Shown: one piece after another, positions 20,992 through 29,602 of the stretch
Layout of the letters: every line of letters starts with the position of its first letter
Numbering within the stretch: the stretch's first letter is position 1
Source: an uncultured Candidatus Rokubacteria bacterium
Lineage (GTDB): Bacteria > Methylomirabilota > Methylomirabilia > Rokubacteriales > CSP1-6
Reading direction: 5' to 3'
Assembly (NCBI GenBank): GCA_963789955.1
Contig: CAWBMV010000037.1
Coordinates: 384,001 to 448,000, forward strand
Length of the DNA: 64,000 bases
Translations under genes and position numbers: made by a program
The notes under the pieces: generated by a model
The model's database searches: none
Seen by the model: only the letters and a program-made list of their open reading frames with translations
What the model was told of the DNA's origin: nothing

Positions 20992-22416
20992 TCAGGAGCG
21001 GGCGGTCGAGCCGGCGGCGGCCGTGCGGGCCTGCACGAGCGCCTCGAACGCGCGATCGAAGCACTGGCGCGGCGGCTTGACCAGACCGGCGCCGACCTGC
21101 CCGACTCCGGGCTCGCGATGGGCCATGCCGGTGTCGATCTGCGGCAGGATCCCGGTCTGCACGACCAGCCGCACGTCGATTCCCGTCGGCGTCCCGCGAA
21201 AATCGAGCGCCGGCAGCCGGTACGCCGAGCTCTCGCCGAGCGTGATCTCGTACATGAGCCGCGTGTACTCGAGCGCGTCGGCGGGCGTGCCGCCGACGAA
21301 CTGGACGACCGCCGGCGCGCCGCCCATGGCGAAGCCGCCGAGGCCGGCCGTCTCGGTGATGGCGCTGTCACCGATGTCGGGATTGGCGTCACCGGCACTG
21401 AACCCTGGGAAGTAGAGGCCCTCCGGTGTTTGCGCCGGGCCGGTGAACCATCGGTCACCGAGCCCGCCGACGCGGATCCCGAAGTCGGTCCCGTTCCGTG
21501 CCATCGTCGTCACGATCGTCGAGTCGGGAACGCCATGGGCGGCGTCGAGCGCGGCCTTGCACGCGGCCATGCCGACGTTCAGGAACAGGTGCTCGTTGGA
21601 CGCGGCGAACGCGAGGACCCGGCGGCGCTCCGACGGCCGGCAGATCGAGCGCCGGCGATCTCCGGCGCGAGCGCCTTGATGAGCAGCGCGGAGGCGGCGC
21701 GATTGCGGTTGTGGCACTCGTCGCCCATCTGCACGGCCTGGCCGATGAGCGCCCTGAGATCGACGCCGCCCGCTCGCCGGATCGCTTCGCCGAACGCCGG
21801 GCCGACGACATCCCGGAACCAGCGGAGACGATCGATCACGTCCGGCGCGTAGGCGCCGTAGCGGAGCACCTTCCCGAGCCCCTCGTTGATCGTCGAGTAG
21901 GCGCGGTTCCCGGCCGTTCGGTTCTCGACCACGAGCACCGGCATCGAGGCGGTCGTGGCGCCGGCCATCGGCCCGACCGTCGCGTGATGATGGCAAGGAT
22001 CGAAGCGAATGGCGCCGCGGGTCGACGAGCCGCTCGGCCTCCTGCCACGTCGTCGCCAGGCCTTCGTAGATCAGCGCGCCGACGATGCCGCCGCGCAGCG
22101 GCCCGCTCATCCGCTCCCACGCGATCGGCGGACCGGCGTGCAGAACGGTCTCGCGCGTCATGCCCGGCACGACCTCGATGGCCGGGCGCACGTCGATCAG
22201 GACTTGATGGGCGGCGAGGATACGGTCGAGCGTGACCCGATTCGCGAGGTCGACGGCATCGCACCAGAGCGAGGCGAGATCGCCCGCCGCGGACGGTGGT
22301 CGCCAGTCGACCCGCCGAACCGGGACCCCCTGGGCGGCGAGAGCCGACGCGAAGAGATCGGGCCCCACGACGACGGCCCCAAGCGGCTCGCGGAGGAGCT
22401 TGGCCTCAGACGACAT
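20992..22416 (-). CDS. DUF1116 / YlbE / AllG-like protein (frameshifts near 22020 and 21650)
   Basis: VDWRPP, LHAGPP, PCHH, NEGLGKVLRYGA, MGDECHNRN, ARNGTDFGI, DIGDSAITET, TGMAHREPGVGQVGAG. Confidence 0.88.
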   Translation of the reverse strand: MSSEAKLLREPLGAVVVGPDLFASALAAQGVPVRRVDWRPPSAAGDLASLWCDAVDLANRVTLDRILAAHQVLIDVRPAIEVVPGMTRETVLHAGPPIAWERMSGPLRGGIVGALIYEGLATTWQEAERLVDPRRHSLRSLPSSRDGRADGRRHDRLDAGARGREPNGREPRLLDDQRGAREGAPLRRLRAGRDRSSPLVPGCRRPGVRRSDPASGRRRSQGAHRPGRADGRRVPQPQSRRLRAAHQGARAGDRRRSICRPSERRRVLAFAASNEHLFLNVGMAACKAALDAAHGVPDSTIVTTMARNGTDFGIRVGGLGDRWFTGPAQTPEGLYFPGFSAGDANPDIGDSAITETAGLGGFAMGGAPAVVQFVGGTPADALEYTRLMYEITLGESSAYRLPALDFRGTPTGIDVRLVVQTGILPQIDTGMAHREPGVGQVGAGLVKPPRQCFDRAFEALVQARTAAAGSTARS

Positions 22417-23852
22417 CGCGTCCCTCGGCGATCGCGCGCGCCGTCAGGGCGGCGATCCGGTTGCTCGCGCAGACGAGGACGCCGGCCTTCCGGAGCTCTT
22501 CCTCCTGGCGCTCGAGACCTTGGGGATCGTCGCCGGTGCCGACCACGTGGCCGACGATCGCGAGATCACGCCCGCGGCGCCGGGCGCGCGCCTCGGCAAG
22601 CGCCGGACGCAGCGCGCCGGCCGGGTCGGAGTGGGCGCAATCGCCGAGCACGAGGTCGAGCAGCAGGACGGATACGCCCCCGTCGTCACCGGCCGCGACG
22701 ATCGCGGCGTTCCGCAGGCTCGGATCGATGATCGGGTGAGGCCGTCCGCGCGTGTACTCCTCGCTCCCGAAATCGACGAAGCGATGCGCCGGCGCATCGC
22801 CGACGAGGCGCCGAGCCTCGTCGCAGAGCGTGCCGCCCGTGAAGAAGCCGCGAATCGCGCCGCGGGCGCCGGACGCGGGCACGCGCGGCCGCTCGAGATC
22901 GCGAACGCTGCCGGCGGTGAGCTTCACCGCGGCAGTCGCCGCCTCCTCCAGGGTCGCCGCGGAGTGCACGCCCCGGGGCGTGGCACCGTCGTATCCCAGC
23001 AGACAGGCCACGACCGGCTTTCTCGTCTCGACGGCCGCTCGGAGCACGGTGTCGGCGACGGCCGGCGACGACGGCTTGGAGACGATGAGCAGGACCCGCG
23101 TCTCGGGGTCGGCGCCCAGGGCCGCGACACCCTGAAGGGTGGTGAGCCCGCCGACGGCGGCGTGAAGATCGCGCCCCCCGGTGCCGATCGCGTGCGAGAC
23201 TCCGCTACCGAGCCGATGGATCAAGGTCGTCAGCTCCTGAATGCCCGTCCCCGAGGCGCCGACCACGCCGACGGCGCCGCGGCGAACCCGGTTGGCGAAG
23301 CCCAGACCGACCCCGTTGATGATCGACGTCCCGCATTCGGGTCCCATGACCAGGAGCCCGCGATCGCGCGCGCGGCGCTTGAGGGCGACCTCGTCGTCGA
23401 CTGGGACGCCGTCACTGAAGAGAAACACGTGTAGCCCGGCCGAGAGCGCCTGGTGCGCCTCGATCGCGGCCTGAGCGCCGGGAACCGCGATGAGGGCGAC
23501 GTTCGTCGCCGCGCTCTTGCGCACCGCGCTGATCGTGGTGCGCGGCAGCATGTCCTGCCGGGCCTGCCCGAGCGTCCCGGCTGGCGGTCAGTAGCTCTTC
23601 GACGCGCGCGAGCGCGTGGTTTGCCGCCGCCTCGGTGCTGGCCCGGACTGAGATCAAGAGGTCCGACGGCCCGGCCTGCGGCGCCTCCGCCGGCCACATG
23701 CCGGCCTCCGCGAGCATCGAGCGGCCGGGCGGCGTACCCATCGCGACCCCGACCTCGGCGACACCGGCCAGCTGTCTGGCCTGCTCGGCGACCCGCATGA
23801 GGTCGATCGAGTCGAAGTACGCGTTACGCCGAACCGCCCAGACCAAGCGCAT
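22406..23852 (-). CDS. fdrA: FdrA / AllF-like protein (succinyl-CoA synthetase-like fold; frameshift near 23560)
   Basis: YFDSIDLM, VAMGTP, LFSDGVP, VMGPECGT, GASGTGIQE, IGTGGRDL, YTRGRPHPIIDP, GTGDDPQ. Confidence 0.9.
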
Positions 23853-23945
23853 CCTTGCCCTCCGGTCGTCGCATTATAGCGAGTCGATGAACGCGGGACA
23901 GGAGCCGGCGACCCGGATGGGCACGCCGCCGCTCCAGACCGACGT

Positions 23946-24168
23946 TCACCCCAGGCGGATCATCACGAAGCCGCGCTGCTGGAGCTCGTCGTAGATGTCC
24001 CGCCGGTCTTGCTGGCTCGGATCGCTCGAGGCTCCGGGCTTCGCCCCGGGCGGCAGAATCCGCCGGTCCAGGAGCACCTTGATCTCGGGCATCCCGGCGA
24101 AGACCCGCTCGAAGTAGCCGAAGGAGCTCCGGACGGTCTCGGGCGACCACCACGATCACCCTCGGCAA
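23946..24168 (-). CDS. Small hypothetical DRR-motif protein A (one extra base near 24123)
   Basis: Corrected translation MPRVIVVVARDRPELFGYFERVFAGMPEIKVLLDRRILPPGAKPGASSDPSQQDRRDIYDELQQRGFVMIRLG; paralogous to 24341-24599. Confidence 0.65.
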
Positions 24169-24257
24169 CGGTCACCCTCGTCGGGAAATCTTCCGAATCG
24201 GCCGGTCGGACCGTTCTGCCGTTTGGCAAGATGAAGAAATTTCAAGGCCTTCTCGAA

Positions 24258-24273
24258 TGGCATTCCAAATGCT
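24258..24273 (+). promoter_or_regulatory. Candidate sigma-54 (-24/-12) promoter
   Basis: TGGCATTCCAAATGCT (GG-N10-GC), about 70 nt upstream of the ATG at 24341. Confidence 0.5.
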
Positions 24274-24340
24274 CCGACCTGGATTTGGCGAGGAAAAAAT
24301 GACCTGCCATGCTCAGGGTCGACAGACAATAGACAAGCCA

Positions 24341-24599
24341 ATGGCCCGACATCTGTTTCTGGTTTCGCGCCACGAAGCCCGCCTGTACGAGTACCTGCTG
24401 GAGAGATTCCGCGACGACGGGAACGTCGAAGTGATCCTCGACCGCCGGCGTGGAGAGCGACGGGGTCGGACCGCACGGTCAGGAGTCCGATCGTCGGCGA
24501 TCAGACCGGCGCACCCGCCGAGAGGTCGATGTGGAGCTTCGGATCCGATCGCACGTGATCCTGACCCTCCCCGAGGACGACCGCGCAGCTCGCCACTGA
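24341..24599 (+). CDS. Small hypothetical DRR-motif protein B (one extra base near 24480)
   Basis: MARHLFLVSRHEARLYEYLLERFRDDGNVEVILDRRRGERR...ESDRRRSDRRTRREVDVELRIRSHVILTLPEDDRAARH. Confidence 0.7.
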
Positions 24600-24880
24600 C
24601 GTTGGCGGCGCCCCGAGCGCCGTCCGGAGCCAAGGTTAGCACTGTCGGCTCGGCGAGGTTCTGGCTCGCGAGCGCGCACCTCCTCTGTTCAGCTTTTGAT
24701 CAGTCGCTCCGTCGGCACACGTGTGCGATCCATGTGACTGATTTCAAAGACACTCGGAGCCAGTCACACTCGTCTTTCGCTCGGCGCTGCTCAAGTCTCT
24801 TCCAGCGCCGCCCCGGACGCAACGATTGCGGGTACGCAAAATATGCAAGCGATCCGGAAGGTTGCGCGCCAACTACGTAT

Positions 24881-24896
24881 TGGTATTGGCCTTGCT
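24881..24896 (+). promoter_or_regulatory. Candidate sigma-54 promoter
   Basis: TGGTATTGGCCTTGCT (GG-N10-GC with TTGC); AT-rich CGCAAAATATGCA just upstream may be an activator site. Confidence 0.6.
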
Positions 24897-24910
24897 GATC
24901 TATCACGCTC

Positions 24911-25156
24911 GTGGACCAGCCCGCGCTACGCGTGCCCGAGCTCGAATCGAACGATGCCGCCGCTCTCACGATCGCCGCGCTCGCCCTTCCCGCAATTCGG
25001 GATGGTGACGGCCGTCGGTTCTTCTCCGCAGAATCGGATGGGCTGAAATTCTCGCCGATCGTTTCCGGAATGGCTCCGTCGCGTCGACGGAGCTATTGCT
25101 TGCCATCGAGCACCCTGTCAGAATTGCCAGACTCCGGAGGCGAGCTGTGCGCGTAG
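24911..25156 (+). CDS. Possible small hypothetical ORF
   Basis: GTG lies 15 nt after the sigma-54 motif and the stop overlaps the next start; no recognisable family. Confidence 0.25.
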   Translation: MDQPALRVPELESNDAAALTIAALALPAIRDGDGRRFFSAESDGLKFSPIVSGMAPSRRRSYCLPSSTLSELPDSGGELCA

Positions 25157-26532
25157 TGATCGTCGACGAGACTGCGGTCCTGGGCGAAGCAGCACGTCGA
25201 ATCCTGTCTTCGATCGGAGCCACCACCGCGTTCGCCGGCTCGCTGCAGGAGCTCTCACTCGCCTTCGAGACACATAAAGTTCCGAACCTCCTCGTGGTGA
25301 ACGTGACGAACGGTCTCACCGGCTGGGAGGTCGCTGGTCACATCGAGCGCGCGGGCTACCGGGGCCGCGTCCTGGCGTTCGTCGACACGCTCGACGACGC
25401 CAAGATCCAGTACCTGACGCAGCTCCAGCACGTCGATTGCGTGGCGCGTCCGAGCTCGACGGCACTGCTCGATCAGGTCCTGAAGCAGGCGCTGCGCGGC
25501 ACGCGGAGCGTTGCCGAGCGTTCACTCGAAACGATCCGGCCGGCCTATCACGGCATCATCGGCGAGTCACCGCAGATGGGCGAGATTTTCGCGCGCATCG
25601 CGAAGGTCGCGGTCGGTGACGTCAACGTCTGCATCCACGGCGAGAGCGGCACCGGCAAGGAGCTCATCGCGCGCGCGATCCACTACGCGAGCCCGCGCCG
25701 TGATCGCCCGCTGATCACGCTCGACTGCACGACGATTCCCGAAGGGCTGATGGAGAGCCACCTCTTCGGTCACGTGAAGGGGGCGTTCACCGGCGCGACG
25801 GAGCATCGCGAAGGCGTCTTCGCGCTCGCGCACACCGGGACCTTGTTCATCGACGAGCTCGGCGAGCTGAGCCCGGCGCTTCAGGCCAAGCTGCTGCGCG
25901 TCATCCAGAGCCGCGAGTTCTCCAAGGTCGGCGGGACGAAATCGATCCGAACGGACATCCGCCTCATCACCGCAACCAACAAGGACCTCCGAGCGGCCGT
26001 GGCGCAGGGAACGTTCCGCGAGGATCTCTACTATCGAGTCGCGGTGTTCATGATCAAGGTGCCCTCGCTCCGCGAGCGCATCGAGGACATCCCGCGGCTG
26101 GTCGATCACTTCCTGCAGCGCTTCGCGGCCCTCTACGGCAAGCGCGTCACGCGCGTCGCGCCGGCGACGCTCAAGCGCATGATGGCCCTGCCGTGGCCGG
26201 GCAACGTCCGGCAGCTCGAGAACTTCCTGGAGCAGGCGGTGGTGCTCGCCGAGGGCGACACCTTGACCGATCGGGACCTCTTCGCGGGCGATCTCTCGGG
26301 CGGGGCCGCCACGCCCGCGCCGGTGATTTCCGGAGTGTTCGAGGCCGGGCTTCCGCTCAGCGAGGTCGAGCGCCGCCACATCCTGCGCACGCTCCACAAG
26401 GTTCACGGCAATCGCACGGAAGCCGCGCGGCTCCTGCAGATCAGCGTTCGCTGTCTCCAGTACAAGCTCAAGGCGTACGGTCGCGACGTCGAGACGACCG
26501 GCTCTGATCGCGGCCTCCTCCCCAGCGCGTAG
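25147..26532 (+). CDS. Sigma-54-dependent activator with a degenerate receiver domain
   Basis: GGAGG then GTG at 25147; GESGTGKE, GAFTGA, LFIDE, WPGNVRQL, Fis HTH; receiver reads LLVVN where the phospho-Asp is expected. Confidence 0.92.
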   Translation: MRVVIVDETAVLGEAARRILSSIGATTAFAGSLQELSLAFETHKVPNLLVVNVTNGLTGWEVAGHIERAGYRGRVLAFVDTLDDAKIQYLTQLQHVDCVARPSSTALLDQVLKQALRGTRSVAERSLETIRPAYHGIIGESPQMGEIFARIAKVAVGDVNVCIHGESGTGKELIARAIHYASPRRDRPLITLDCTTIPEGLMESHLFGHVKGAFTGATEHREGVFALAHTGTLFIDELGELSPALQAKLLRVIQSREFSKVGGTKSIRTDIRLITATNKDLRAAVAQGTFREDLYYRVAVFMIKVPSLRERIEDIPRLVDHFLQRFAALYGKRVTRVAPATLKRMMALPWPGNVRQLENFLEQAVVLAEGDTLTDRDLFAGDLSGGAATPAPVISGVFEAGLPLSEVERRHILRTLHKVHGNRTEAARLLQISVRCLQYKLKAYGRDVETTGSDRGLLPSA

Positions 26533-26534
26533 CC

Positions 26535-26599
26535 GGCTGCGGAGAGGGGCCGTTGACGCCTTCGGGCGTCGCCTCGCATCTCGGCCCCTCTCCGCAGCC
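26535..26599. repeat. Structured palindrome (REP-like or terminator-like)
   Basis: 18-bp perfect arms GGCTGCGGAGAGGGGCCG/CGGCCCCTCTCCGCAGCC enclosing GACGCC-TTCG-GGCGTC. Confidence 0.7.
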
Positions 26600-26722
26600 T
26601 GACAATCCCGCGGTGTGAGCTGCAATGTTTGCGTAGATGACGCGCAAGATTTTAGTGGTGAAGCGCGCGATTCTGATCTTTCCGGATTCACGAAACATAT
26701 ATCGTGCAGTCAGTTACGTCGT

Positions 26723-26738
26723 TGGCCTCGTTTGTGCT
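26723..26738 (+). promoter_or_regulatory. Candidate sigma-54 promoter
   Basis: TGGCCTCGTTTGTGCT (GG-N10-GC), downstream of an AT-richer stretch at 26620-26700. Confidence 0.5.
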
Positions 26739-26781
26739 CCTCCAGCACGCCGCATTGAAGCTCGCTCAGTCCAGCCGCAGC

Positions 26782-27087
26782 ATGGTGACGCCGGCGCTCC
26801 GAGAGCTCCTCGGACGCGACGCAGTGTGCCGCGAGATCGTGCAGTACCTGATGCACCACAGCGAGGCCGCCGACACCGCGCGCGGCATCGCGGAGTGGTG
26901 GATCAATCGGGACGTCCCTTCCACACGACGCGCGCTACTGAAGCTCCAGGCCTGTGGCGTCGTCCAGTCGTTCATCGTTCAGGGTGAGACGTTCGTGTAC
27001 GCCTACACCAAGAAGGCGGTCGTGCGTCAATCGCTCGCGCGCTATCTCCGTGAACCGATCGCTTCGCCCGCCGCGAAGGAGCTCTGA
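26782..27087 (+). CDS. Small winged-helix-like hypothetical protein
   Basis: EIVQYLMHHSEAADTARGIAEWW...RALLKLQACGVV. Confidence 0.75.
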   Translation: MVTPALRELLGRDAVCREIVQYLMHHSEAADTARGIAEWWINRDVPSTRRALLKLQACGVVQSFIVQGETFVYAYTKKAVVRQSLARYLREPIASPAAKEL

Positions 27088-27090
27088 GCC

Positions 27091-28164
27091 ATGGCTGCAT
27101 CATCGGTCGCCGGGGCCGCCAACCAGGAGTCCCGCTTGAGCCTGCCGGGAAACGGAGCCCTGCTCGACCTCCGTGTCGTGGCCCTCGGCGGCGGCACGGG
27201 CCTGCCCACCGTGCTCCACGGCCTCCGTGCGGGCCTCTTCGAATCGCACCCGTGGGATCCCGAGCGCGACCAGACGCGGCTGACCGCGATCGCCACCGTC
27301 GCGGACGACGGCGGCAGCTCCGGCAAGCTCCGCGCGACCTACCATCTCCCCTCGCCCGGCGACATCCGCAACTGCCTCCTGGCGCTGGCCGGCGGCGATC
27401 CCATGCTCTCCGACGTGTTCGCCTTCCGGTTCGCGGGCGGCAGCGAGGTCGCCGGGCACAGCCTCGGGAACCTCATCCTGACGGCGCTCACCGAGCTCGA
27501 AGGAGACTTCTCCAAAGCGGTCGCTCGGGTCGGGCGCCTGTTGTCGATCCGCGGCCTGGTCCTCCCGGCCACCAGTCAGAACGTGGCGCTCCAGGCGGAG
27601 CTCTCCGACGGCACGGTCATCGAGGGCGAATCCCGCATCGCGACGGCGCGCAGCCCGATCCGGAAGGTGCGACTCAGTCCCACCGATACGGTGGCGCTGC
27701 CCGAGGCGGTCGAGGCGCTCGAGCGGGCGCACCTGATCGTGCTCGGCCCGGGCAGTCTCTACTCGAGCCTCGTCGCCGCGCTGCTGCCACGCGGGATCGC
27801 CGAGGCCATCACCCGGTCGCGGGCGCGCGTCGTCCACGTCATGAACCTCATGACGGAGCCGGGCGAGACCGACGGTCACACCGCGGCGGATCATCTGATG
27901 GCGATCCGGCGGCACGCGCCGACGATGCCGATCCACGACATCCTCGTCAACACCGCGCCGTTCACGCCCGAGCAGATCGGCCGCTACGGCGCGCAGGGCG
28001 CGGTGCCGGTCGCGGCGGACCTGGCGCTCATGCGGGCGATGGGACACGCCGTTCACGAGTGCGACCTGCTCGCGGCCGGCGACGACGTGCGCCACGATCC
28101 GGGCAAGCTCGCACGCGCACTTCTCACCCTGGCGTATCGCTGCGGCTCGCGCGCGGGCGCCTGA
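27091..28164 (+). CDS. yvcK: YvcK/GlmR (UPF0052, CofD-related) family protein
   Basis: VALGGGTGL, VADDGGSSGKLR, PGDIRNCL, GHSLGNL, GPGSLYSS, NLMTEPGET, VRHDP. Confidence 0.88.
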   Translation: MAASSVAGAANQESRLSLPGNGALLDLRVVALGGGTGLPTVLHGLRAGLFESHPWDPERDQTRLTAIATVADDGGSSGKLRATYHLPSPGDIRNCLLALAGGDPMLSDVFAFRFAGGSEVAGHSLGNLILTALTELEGDFSKAVARVGRLLSIRGLVLPATSQNVALQAELSDGTVIEGESRIATARSPIRKVRLSPTDTVALPEAVEALERAHLIVLGPGSLYSSLVAALLPRGIAEAITRSRARVVHVMNLMTEPGETDGHTAADHLMAIRRHAPTMPIHDILVNTAPFTPEQIGRYGAQGAVPVAADLALMRAMGHAVHECDLLAAGDDVRHDPGKLARALLTLAYRCGSRAGA

Positions 28165-28167
28165 ACC

Positions 28168-28962
28168 ATGACCTTGCGGGGCGTCCCCGTGCTTCAGTAC
28201 GACGGGCTCGGGACTTCGCTCCCCGCCGAGGTCGACGCCCGCCTGGCGAACCACTGGGTCGCGCCGGTTTCGCTGGGCCGGCAGCTGGTCTCGATCCGTG
28301 AGCACGGGTACCGCGTGGTCAGGCTCTACGACGCGTGGGCCCCGTACGAAGAGGGCGAGCGCCCGGCGCGCTCGGCGGTCGTGTTGACCTTCGACGACGG
28401 CCGCGCCGCCGACTACGACGTGGCGTTCCCGATTCTCCTCGCCGCGGGGGTGCGGGCCGAGTTCTTCATCAACACCGCCCGCGTCGGACAGCCCGGCTAT
28501 CTCACCTGGGCTCGTATCGCCGAGATGCACCGGGCCGGCATGTCGTTTCAGTCTCACGCGCACGATCACGTCGCCCTGCCGGTCCTGTCGGCCCGGCTCC
28601 TCAGAAACGAGCTGCGGACCTCCAAGCGTCTCATCGAAGACTTCCTCGGGCGCGGCGTGGACTTCCTGGCCGCTCCGCACAGCCTGGTCGATCGGCGCGT
28701 CGTCGACGCCGCCATGGACGCCGGCTATCACGCGGTGTGCGCCTCGCGCGGCTGGCCCGCGCGTCCCGGCGGCGTCGTCGTGAACCGGATCACGGTGCTC
28801 CGCGACACGGGCGAAGCGCAGTTCAGCGCGATTCTCGCGCGCGAGCCGCTGGGCTACGCGCCGGCGATCGCGCGCGCGCTCCTCACGCGCCTGCAGCAGC
28901 GCGTCGCGCTGAAGCTCCGGCCGCCCTATCTCGATGGCGAGCTCTCTCCGGGAGGTGCGTGA
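28168..28962 (+). CDS. Polysaccharide deacetylase (NodB/CE4) family protein
   Basis: LTFDDG and QSHAHDH metal motifs, YLTW, ELRTSK. Confidence 0.85.
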   Translation: MTLRGVPVLQYDGLGTSLPAEVDARLANHWVAPVSLGRQLVSIREHGYRVVRLYDAWAPYEEGERPARSAVVLTFDDGRAADYDVAFPILLAAGVRAEFFINTARVGQPGYLTWARIAEMHRAGMSFQSHAHDHVALPVLSARLLRNELRTSKRLIEDFLGRGVDFLAAPHSLVDRRVVDAAMDAGYHAVCASRGWPARPGGVVVNRITVLRDTGEAQFSAILAREPLGYAPAIARALLTRLQQRVALKLRPPYLDGELSPGGA

Positions 28963-29599
28963 TGCGGGAGCGCGCACGGTGATCGTCGGTCTGGCCGGCG
29001 GCACCGGCTCGGGCAAGAGCTCGATCGTGCGGAGCCTCGTCGAGCGTGTCGGCGGCTGCGTGGTCGATCTCGAATCCTACACGCTCGACCGCGGCGCCGG
29101 CGCGCCGGAGGACCGGAGCTGGGGCGGCGACGACGAGCCGGCCGCCATCGACACCGAGCTCCTCGTGGCCCACCTCGACGATCTCCGGCGCGGCGAAGCG
29201 ATCCGCAAGCCGGTCTACTCGGCCGAGACGCGCCTGCGCACCGGTATCCAGCTGGTGGCCCCCGCGCGCCTCGTGCTGGTCGAAGGCCTCTTCACCCTCT
29301 GGTGGGACTCTCTTCGCTCGCTCCTGGACGTGAAGGTGTTCATCGACGCACCGGCCGATCTCCGGCTCGTTCGCCGGATTCGGCGGGAGCTCGCCGATCG
29401 CGGCCGCAGCATCGAGCAAGTGCTGTATCAGTACTCGGGCTCGGTGCGTCCCGCGCACGACCGCTACGTGGAGCCGACCCGGGTTCACGCCGACGACGTA
29501 GTCACCAATGACGGGCCTCTCGAAGACGCCGTCGAACAGGTCATCGCGCTCGTGCGCCGCCGCCGGGTCGATGGGCTGGCCGGCGCCGGCCAGCACTAG
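28955..29599 (+). CDS. udk: Uridine kinase-like protein
   Basis: GLAGGTGSGKSS, PVYS, VEGLF, RLVRRIRRE...RGRS, VRPAHDRYVEP; start approximate. Confidence 0.75.
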   Translation: MRDAGARTVIVGLAGGTGSGKSSIVRSLVERVGGCVVDLESYTLDRGAGAPEDRSWGGDDEPAAIDTELLVAHLDDLRRGEAIRKPVYSAETRLRTGIQLVAPARLVLVEGLFTLWWDSLRSLLDVKVFIDAPADLRLVRRIRRELADRGRSIEQVLYQYSGSVRPAHDRYVEPTRVHADDVVTNDGPLEDAVEQVIALVRRRRVDGLAGAGQH

Positions 29600-29602
29600 A
29601 CG

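Noticed and set aside
27091..28164. CofD (F420 biosynthesis)
   Set aside because: Motifs DDGGSSG, PGDIRNCL and GHSLGN are YvcK-type rather than CofD-type
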